Shown here piece by piece: positions 1-19,400 of a DNA stretch of 64,000 bases. Origin of the DNA: Bugula neritina (lineage: Eukaryota > Animalia > Bryozoa); NCBI GenBank assembly GCA_964035545.1, contig OZ037770.1, positions 7,570,973 through 7,634,972 on the forward strand. Reading direction: 5' to 3'. Within the stretch, counting starts at the first letter, position 1; each line of letters opens with the position of its first letter. The notes under the pieces are model-generated. The model searched no databases. It was not told where the DNA came from and saw nothing but the letters and a program-made list of their open reading frames with translations. The position numbers and the translations under genes were made by a program.

Positions 1-322
1 AGACCTTTTCAGAATATCTCCTTTACTGCACTTAATGATTTGATGCATAGTCCCAGTGACGATTTCAGCTCTAAAAGCATAAAATGTCTTAATTGCAAAA
101 AAGAGAAATAACTTTCAGGAAATAAAAAATCATAAAATTAATATTAAGGATATAATTAAGATAATATGATGTGGCAATAGCTGTATGCAGTATGATATGA
201 TGCAGCAAAACCTTAAAAGATGATTTTGAGTAGATATGATATGACCAACAGAAGTAATTAAACCAAATAGTTACAGTTGCTATGTAAACCTCGGAGAGTG
301 TCAGTCAGTCTTACATTTATAA

Positions 323-660
323 TATGGCTGGTGGTACAGTGTATACACGTACATATAGCTGGTGGTACAGTATATACACGTACATATAGCTGGTGGTACA
401 GTATATACACGTACATGTGGCTGGTGGTAAAGTATATACACGTACATGTGGCTGGTGGTACAGTATATACACGTACATATAGCTGGTGGTACAGTATATA
501 CACGTACATATAGCTGGTGGTACAGTATATACACGTACATATAGCTGGTGGTACAGTATATACACGTACATATAGCTGGTGGTACAGTATATACACGTAC
601 ATATAGCTGGTGGTACAGTATATACACGTACATATGGTTTGTGGTACAGTATATACACAC
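323..660. repeat. Minisatellite, 31-bp unit, ~11 copies
   Basis: Unit atagctggtggtacagtatatacacgtacat. Confidence 0.95.
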
Positions 661-1134
661 ACTGCAGTTAGTTTCTGGGAGATGGTAAAGAGTAGCTGAA
701 ATTCCAAGTATGAAATGTTGTCTGATTAGGAAATAAAACAGTCAAATACCATGTCTCCATACTAAACTAAATTTCATACATCAAAGTTAAGCAAACATTT
801 AAACCTCAGCACCTACCAACCTTTAGGGTACATTCTTGCTCTTCCAGGATAGAGCTTAGGTTTCCTAAACTTTTACTGCTTCTGGTTTCCTACCGCATAA
901 CAGTAACTGAGAGATTTGAAATAGTGTTTCATGAATTGATAAATAGCTGTGGTCTTTTACTACTGCTCAGTCACTCCTGACTGTTGCAACTCATCACTGC
1001 AGCTAGACCAACTCCTGACTTTAGCTAGACCAACTCATCACTGTAGCCATACCAGCTGGAGGGTTTAGCCAGTCCAACTGACAAGATCTCGTGTCTACTG
1101 CTTAGAAGTCTATGACAAAACTTGCGTTTTATAG

Positions 1135-9583
<8,449 letters not shown>

Positions 9584-10458
9584 CTATGTCTACTTATTCT
9601 TTATGCCAGCTATGCAGTGGTGTCACCAAACTGCTGACACCAGCTATGCAGTGGTGTCACCAAACTGCTGACCTATTTCCTAATCTAAGAAGCATGACTT
9701 ACTTGAACTACAATTTTATAATAATTTAGTTTTCTTATACTTTCAAAGCAGGGGATTGGAATATTTTCAATTGCTGTATCAAAATATGCAACTAATATCT
9801 TTTCCGTCGACAATCTCACCAATACTGTATGTTAATTTTTTACTACTTCACTATATTATGCTGTAATATTTTGTACACTTTTCAAACTTATGAATCAAAG
9901 TTTTGGAAATGTTTTTATTTGCACAATAACATTTATTAAATCATATCTAAACTTTTTGAAATTACAGATTATTTTATTTTTAAACTAGTAACGATATATA
10001 AATATATAATTACACCAGTTAACTTAATTTTTTCACTACTAATACCACACATGTATAATACAAAATTGTACTACGCAAAATACAGCACAATAGAATATTT
10101 GCGTAATAATGTGATTGTAAATTATACATTATGATAATATGAGATATGTACAGCCATAGAAACTACATAAATAATTCACATTCTACAAAGAAGAGATTTC
10201 AATACATGGACGTTTTCATAAATGTTTAAGTTGATTGCGTAACTACACTGCATTAAATAATATAGTATCTGTTCCTAATAACTGGCAGCTAGTTTACAAG
10301 GAAAAAGGTTCTTTTACCAACTGATGCTGGTAATTATGTTTATAGATTACCAGAATGAAAATGTTGAAATTTTTGTAAATTGCATTGTTACCGGTTACAC
10401 AAGAATGTAAACGCTGTTATTCTGTGACTGGACTAAACACTATTATTCTGTGACACAA

Positions 10459-13400
10459 CTATACACCATTGGTTTGAGAGGACTCCACAGACGTCCCTTT
10501 ACGCTTAAGTGCAGACGGCTTAGATGAGAAAGAGGTAGCTGGAGAGTGGTTGGTGGAGGAAGAAAGCTTTTGGTAGTATTCTAATGCATCTTGTAAAGGT
10601 CCTATGATAGGATCCTGAAATATATCATTAAAAGCATTCAATCTACAGCAACAGACTAATCTGCTACACATAGAAGCACTGAGACCTCTCCTTACACCGC
10701 ATGCATATATAGTTTATACTTTATACACAACATAAACCTTCAGTATACACTGAGCATATAGCAATGCCTCTGTTACAGAACCCTCCCATCAGATATATAC
10801 CTGTATAACCTCCCATCAGATATATACCTGTATAACTGGATGAAGCTCTGCCAGTGCTTCAAAGAGAGGCAGAAGAATAAACTTTATAAAATTGACTTGA
10901 GAGGAGTTCTTGTTGACTTTATCTCTGTCCATGAAAGGGGAGACTGGCAGCCCCTCCTTCTTCTCCAAGTCACTCTAAATTACCAAGAGAGAGATACAAG
11001 GTTATTACTAGTTACCAGTAGTTACTGCTAGTTACTACCAGTTATTACTAGCTACTACCAGATACTAATAGTAGTTGGTACTAGTTACTACTAGTTACTA
11101 CAAGTTACTACTAGTTATTACCAGTTACTGCTAGTAATTACTAGTTAGTAGAGGCACCCACTAGTTAGTATGAGTTACTATTAGTTATTACTACTACTAT
11201 TACTACTACTGCTACTACTACTACTGCTGCTGTAAACACTTGTAGTCCTAGTAATAATTTAGTAATATGTTTGCATTGTTTTACCTGAGTAAAAAACTCC
11301 TGCAAGAGGCAGTCTATCCATGGCTCTGCCACTTCCATAGGTCTACATTCATTAGATATGTCTGCACACTTGATAAGTATCATCATTAGCTGCAGTGTAC
11401 ACAATATTTGAATAAAACATGGCTGATATAATTCTAACTAGTAGTTCATGCGAATAACACAGTTCAGAAAATAAGGTTCAGATACATTTATCTATCAAAT
11501 GCCATCTTTTGCAAAAAATATCAATCATCAAACTTTTCTAACAATATAAAACTTGTTACTGTTATGTTCAAAATACATTATTGCATCAATAATACTATAC
11601 ATATAAAAACAATGATGCTTCTAGCTATATTTTTATTATCTTTATTTCGCGAAACACGGCAAAGTTTGGAGTATTGCAAGTAAAGTAGGTGCGAATAAGG
11701 AAACTGAATATGGGTGGGAAGCTCCGTTGAATCAAGGTGATTCATATTAAACTTGGTAACAGTATGACTGCATATAAACATATTCCATCCAACATGACCA
11801 TTAGATATGTTGATTGCAGACACCTGGTAGCTGGTAGTCAGTAGATCTGTCTACTAACCTGGTTTCTATGGTCTGCTATTTCCACATCAAATGTAGGAAT
11901 TATTTGAGTGAAGTTGGACAGGATTTCATTGTGACGTGCCATATCAGTGGCTAGAATGCACCTATATATTACCATAGCATGTCTACATATTACTACAGTA
12001 TATTACCATAGTATGTCAACATACTACTACAGTATATTACCATAGCATGTCAACATATTACTACAGTATATTACCATAGTATGTCAGCATATTACTACAG
12101 TATATTACCATAGCATGTCAGCATATTACTACAGTATATTACCATAGCATGTCAGCATATTACTACAGTATATTACCATAGCATGTCAGCATATTACTAC
12201 AGTATATTACCATAGCATGTCAGCATATTACTACAGTATATTACCATAGTACTACAACATATTACTACAGTATATTACCATAGCATGTCAGCATATTACT
12301 ACAGTATATTACCATAGCATGTCAACATACTACTACAGTATATTACCATAGCATGTCAACATAATTATTACTATAGAGTATAGTATATTACCATAGTATA
12401 CTATTACCACAATATATTACCAGAGTATATGAAGATACTTATATAATGTTTACCTTATAATACACTGTCTAACATGTCTATACGTCTCAGCCGACATATT
12501 CTCAAGGATGTTACAACCCTCAGAAGCAAATATCCTGAACGCTACAGAGCAGTGATGATTTTCTAGAACCGACATGTCATTGTATCTAATGGCTAACTCG
12601 GTGCGAGCATTTACCTATAATGATGAGAAAACCACTGTTAAACGTGAAGGTGCTGAATGCTATAGTATAGTGTAATTTGGAGTAGAGTTCAGCAGAGCAT
12701 TTAGAAATAGAGTACAAGATATTATACCACGAGTATAAAAAGTGTATTACAGAAAAGGATAGTATAGTATAGTAGACTAGAAGATATTATGTAGCATACT
12801 GAACACAGAATAGTATAGTAGTGAAAGCTTACCTGGTAGGAGTTGTTGTACCCGGGATGATCCAAATCATGGCAGACTGCAGATGTAAGAAGAGCAAACA
12901 GTTCAGCTGGAGAGAACGAGTTTTTTAGGTCGAGTTGCTGTATCAGACCATACATCTATACAGAATATACAGTATATATTCACTATAATACAACTATACA
13001 GAATATACAGTATATATTCACTATAATACATCTATATAGAGTATACAGTATATAATCACTACACTATAATACAACTATACAGAGTATACAGTATATATTC
13101 ACTATAATACAACTATACAAAATATACAGTATATATTCACTATAATACAACTATACAGATCATATGCATACACTAAACAAGCAACTCACCATCTGTGAAA
13201 CCATAAAGCAATGTTTGAAGTTGTGGAAGGGAACTCTGTTGTAACTCCTGTAAACCTCACACAGCCAAGTGTGAAATGTACTCTTCTGTAATCATCAAAA
13301 CAAAATTACACAAACTAAACTCTCTACCATTTCAGTGCATTTGAAAGATTAGAATGGATCTGTAGGATAACAGCAAGCTGGTAATCATATTGTACCCTTA

Positions 13401-16400
13401 TGTACTTGAGATTCTTATTTTCATCAGATCATACATACTGGTATGTTGAAAGTTTCCAACAATCCCAAGTCCAGATACATCTGCCTTAGCAATACTAGCA
13501 TTTCTGCCTCATTCCACTGCCAGTTGTTGAAGTTAACACTTTCAAGGAGCCCTTTGACTTCACTTCTCACTTCCATGTCTCTACATCATTTAACTGACAT
13601 TAATATACTGTCAGGTAACTATAGGTGAGTATACGGTCAGTTGACTACAGGTGAGTATACGGTCAGTTGACTACAGGTGAGTACACATCAGTTAACTATA
13701 GGTGAGTACACATCAGTTAACTATAGGTGAGTATACTATCAGTTAACTATAGGTGAGTATACTATCAGTTAACTATAGGTGAGTATACGATCAGTTAACT
13801 ATAGGTGAGTATACGATCAGTTAACTATAGGTGAGTATACGGTCAGTTAACTACAGGTGAGTACACATCAGTTAACTATAGGTGAGTATACTATTAGTTA
13901 ACCATACCTCATACAGTTGAACTTGTCAAACACAGTTTCACAGTCCATATCAGACTCTGACTGACAACTGTAGGGCTGAAAATCAGTATTGGACTTCTTC
14001 CAGTTATTATTTGTAGTTATCTCCACATCACATTTATTATGCCATTTATGCTTGCTGGATTTTGTGAACCTTTTGGTGCCATTGATATCCTTTGATAGGC
14101 CGATCCAGCTCAAGTGTTCAATGCCCTGTAAGGAGAAGCTATGCTATACAGAAGAATTACATAACCTGTTGAGACAGCCCCTAAAGCCAGAACTTTCACT
14201 GGGTGATGGTGGTGGTAGTGGTGGTGGTAAGTTGATTACACAAAGTTATAGCCTAAAGTGAAAATGCCAACTCTGTTGAAGATGAAATCTTATATAGTTG
14301 AAAGCATTATTTTCCTGCATAGTTGTGACTCATCTCAACCCACTTGTACCATGCTATACCATGTAATAGACATATCCATTAATATTATTCATTAGAAATA
14401 GCTCCATATTTTACAATTCCTACTACTACTAGATTCAGCTAAGCAGTAATAGTAAGGGAATGGTTGTTGATAACCAGATGGTGATTGGCTAGCAGACAGA
14501 GACTTGCTGTACCTACTAGGATAGACAACACATACTGGATTGGTCAAATTAGCTACCAGCCACCAGGTTTACTGCATCTGTAGAACTTCTGCAACCCTGG
14601 ATGTTTTCAAAGGTGCAACTTTTCACTATAAGTAGCTAAACAAGCATTTTACAAACCTCAAGTTTTTGACTGAGAGCCGCCATTTCTTCTTGAACCTGTC
14701 TCATGGAATCTGTAAGCCCCCCATTCTCCACGATTATGTGAGACTCTAAGGCTTGCAGTCTTTTCTCCACACCATTGAGGTCAGTACCCACCTCCTTCAT
14801 CAGGCTATCAGCTATGTAGTTCAACATACTGTGTAGTGTGTACTACTACATGGTACTACTACATGGTACTACTACATGGTACTACTACATGATGCTACTA
14901 CATGATACTACTACATGGTACTACTACATGGTACTACTACATGATACTACTACATGATACTACTACATGGTACTACTACATGATACTACTACATGGTACT
15001 ACTACATGGTACTACTACATGGTACTACTACATGGTACTACTACATGGTACTACTACATGATACTACTACATGGTACTATTACATGATACTACTACATGA
15101 TACTACTACATGATACTATTACATGATACTACTACATGATACTATTACATGATACTACTACATGGTACTACTACATGATACTACTACATGATACTATTAC
15201 ATGATACTACTACATGGTACTACTACATGGTACTACTACATGATACTATTACATGATACTATTACATGATACTACTACATGATACTACTACATGGTACTA
15301 TTACATGATACTACTACATGATACTATTACATGATACTACTACATGATACTACTACATGGTACTACTACATGGTACTACTACATGGTACTACTACATGGT
15401 ACTACTACATGATACTATTACATGGTACTACTACATGATACTACTACATGATACTACTACATGATACTACTACATGATACTATTACATGATACTACTACA
15501 TGATACTACTACATGGTACTATTACATGATACTACTACATGATACTATTACATGATACTACTACATGATACTACTACATGGTACTACTACATGGTACTAC
15601 TACATGGTACTACTACATGGTACTACTACATGATACTATTACATGGTACTACTACATGATACTACTACATGATACTACTACATGATACTACTACATGGTA
15701 CTACTACATGATACTACTACATGGTACTACTACATGATACTACTACATGGTACTACTACATAATACTACTACATGATACATACTTGATGTAGCTAAGACT
15801 ACAAGTCTATATGGAGTGTCTGGCGTGTTGCTCTTTAGATACTGAGTTATATTCACGAGATCTCCCTCGCTGTTGTACATCTTTATTATGTCAAAGGAAG
15901 TCACCTCTGCAGCTGACCGGAACAAATCTGAGAGGGTAATGAGAAAGAGCAAGTAGATGGCAATGGTAATAACTATGGTATACTAGGGTTAGACTTTGCA
16001 ACAAGATGCATGTCTATTATGTCATATTGGTAATTCATCAACCTTGTTTGCATGTGACCATTCACCTTAATTATGTTATGTTTAGGTTTTGATAATTGTG
16101 ATTCAAAGTAGCATTGGAATTATTGGAATTGCAAGTTCATCACACTGCTGAAGGCTATTTCCAACAAGAACAAGTAATGAAGGTATTGGAAACATTAATG
16201 GGAGTTTTTAAATCCTTTACTTGCTGGCTGTGGGCAGATAATTACATTACATTGTGCCTACAATTATTATGTATTACTTATAGTCCATCATATTTAGTCA
16301 ATCTAATCATAGGTAGACAACTCTTATTACTAACTATTATACTACCAGTTAGCAGGGAGATAACTCTTATTACTAACTATTATACAACCAGTTAGCAGGT

Positions 16401-19400
16401 AGACAACTCTTGTTTATAAACTATTATACTACCAGTTAGCAGGTAGACAACTCTTATTACTAAACTATTATACTACCAGTTAGCAGGGAGATAACTCTTA
16501 TTACTAAACTATTATACTACCAGTTAGCAGGTAGACAACTCTTATTACTAAACTATTATACTACCAGTTAACAGGTAGATAACTCTTATTACTAAACTAT
16601 TATACTACCAGTTAGCAGGTAGACAACTCTTATTACTAAACTATTATACTACCAGTTAGCAGGTAGACAACTCTTATTACTAAATTATTGTACTACCAGT
16701 TAGCAGGTAGACAACTCTTATTACTAAACTATTATACAACCAGTTAGCAGGTAGACAACTCTTATTACTGAATTATTATACTACCAGTTAGCAGGGAGAC
16801 AAGCAGAGTGCTAGAATAGTAAGAGTGGAAGTACTTGAATGACCGCTGTGATTATTGAGTATACCTGAAACCTACATTCTAGCCATGCTATTTCGCACTG
16901 GGCCTCATCATCACTTCCGACAGCTTATTTTTTATACTGTTATTTGTTACTATGTTTCCTTTCTAATTGCTTGTTCTGCTCTTGTAACTTATGCTAGTTG
17001 TAAAACACTATATTATGATGAAATAAAACACACGCACACACACACATTATATATAGATAACTTAAACTGTAGGTAAGCCTCATGCCACAAAAGTTACCAA
17101 TTTTTATTCAGCATCTTATCTGATCCTATTGAATTTTATTTTAGTTCAAACTAATAATAAATACAAATGTCAGTATTTTCTTCACCACAGCATAGCATGA
17201 ATTTAATCATCATAAAAACTGTAAATAAATACATGTAAATACCAGGAGTCTCTCAAAACTATTAATTGCTGGCAGTGTACACTTATAATCAGGTTTACCA
17301 CACCCCCTCCCCCTTCCACACAGGGACTCTGAGATCTCAAAGTTTTATGATACTCTGTTAATCATATAAATATGATCTACTAGTTTGGCAGAAAAACACC
17401 AATTTTTGACTTAGGTTCGCACTCCCGGATAAAGTTTTTTTCTCTTCTGATTATTCAAATATAAGGTCTAGGTAAATGTTTTCAGGTGGGTGTGGACTTC
17501 TTACCCTTGAGCATTTTGAGAAATTCAAGATGGCCGCTAGGCACTAGACGATTCTTTATAATTCAAATGTATCTACCCACCGAGGCTAAATTTAAGGTTC
17601 CAATGCTTTGAAATCTTTAGAAATTAATATAATAAAGATGTATGTGCCTTTATCATGTGTATTATTGAGTAATAGGCAAATGATCCCCAAGGGTAACTAA
17701 GCTAAGCCTTAATCATTCATTTTTTTTAAGTTTAACCTAGCCCCACCGTGTTTATAATTTCCTTGCATCTCTGCATCAGTTTGTTCTAAATTCATGAAAA
17801 TTTACTGTATGGGGTGATTTTATATGCTGATTACAAATATGTCCAACAAATAAAGCTGAAAAGGGTTCTGCAAAATTGAAATGCAACGCCATTGTCATGT
17901 GTGCTAAATTGCAATTTATTTCAAACTAGCATGCCTATCAAAAAGGTTTGTTGAGCTGCTAATTTAAAAGTTATTTTCAGTTTTAAAACTTTAGCCATGT
18001 TTTTTAAAGTTAGAAAAAGGGGCCAACAACCTTAATAACACAACACCATGACTTCTTAACATAATTTAATTGCTTTATTATTGACACATCATTTATCTAA
18101 ATATTGACATTTTTGCTTTCAAAAACTCCTTCTACAATCAGCACATATGACTTTTTCTCTAAAAACATTTGTAAACAGTTTTTTTATGAATAAGAATCTA
18201 TTTTATGCTGGGGAAAGTAATACATCCATTAGAACAGCGGTTCCCTACCTTTTTCATACCAACCTCCTTTCATAAAAGTTTACAACTAATTTCTCCACTT
18301 TAATGACCTATGTTCAGTGCAATGGAACACTAATGGTTGAAACGGATTTGGTAAAAGTATTTAATTCTACTTTTGGCAGTTTCCCCAAAATGCTAAATAA
18401 AAAAAGTCTTCCCAGAATGTACTGGGCCTGAGAATATTGGTGGGAGAGCTGTTGAAGCCAGTCTTTGATGAAAGTGTAATCACTAGCATGGAGAACCTTG
18501 AAAAGATGTTGACTAAGATTTCAGAGAGCTCAAGAACAGCAAAACTGTGGGTCATGTGCTTTATTAGACCAATTTTTACCATCAACACCCACATCATAGC
18601 TGATAGAGAAGGAGACTGGGCCTTACACCTAGCAATGGAAGAGGAAATGTATTTATATCTGTATAGCATGTAGATCATACCACAAGATGTAAGGATTGAA
18701 TTCGTGGCTGGTAACCACACAATGCATCATAAACTCGGCCAGCTTAACGGCATCTGGTCAAACATGACCATTGAGGTGACCTTCGTGAGATTTGGCCACA
18801 GAAAGGGGGAACCATTGGCATCACCAATAAAACTGAAATTGTCAAGGTGTGGGTGTATAGCACTTCTGCATGCAACAAGATACAGTAAGGCCTCAGTGAC
18901 ACCAGAGATGAGTCTGAAATAAATGCTTCCACTACTCATAAGGAAGAGATGCAATCAAGAATCTAATCTGATTCAAGGAACAGAAGGTTTGTCAAAAGGA
19001 AGATTGAACTCTGCAATGTCCTACTCAAAGAAGAATGCCACCCAGCTGCTCTTGTCAATATTGAAACAGAGAAAGTCATCAGTTATTCAGCAATTATTAT
19101 TGACAATATTTTTTGTTATAGGTAAAGCATCTATACAAGAATTTAAAGTGAATTAGTCGGAAGGGTTAAATAAATCCTTGTATATCTTAAGTGAAGACAA
19201 TGGTATCATCTCAAAGGCATATTAAGGTTTTTAATACCACTGTGTATGATACTGAAGTCATATATGCCCGAACCATTGTAGTCAAGCAGACCAAGAATTT
19301 GGATGCGGACTCTTTAATGGCTCATAAACTTGCAGCATTGCCACCTTCTACATTCAAGGAAACAGGGAAAATAAGAAAAACTAAAACCAAGTCAATTTTA

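Noticed and set aside
1-1134. Upstream ABCG exons (Walker A / Q-loop)
   Set aside because: No phase-compatible exon with the expected motifs was found; they probably lie before the window.
9606-9673. 34-bp tandem duplication in the ABCG 3' UTR as a regulatory element
   Set aside because: It is a simple two-copy duplication with no recognisable structure or motif.
16850-17046. Possible LINE 3' tail ending in aataaa(CA)n
   Set aside because: No coding remnant or second copy supports it.
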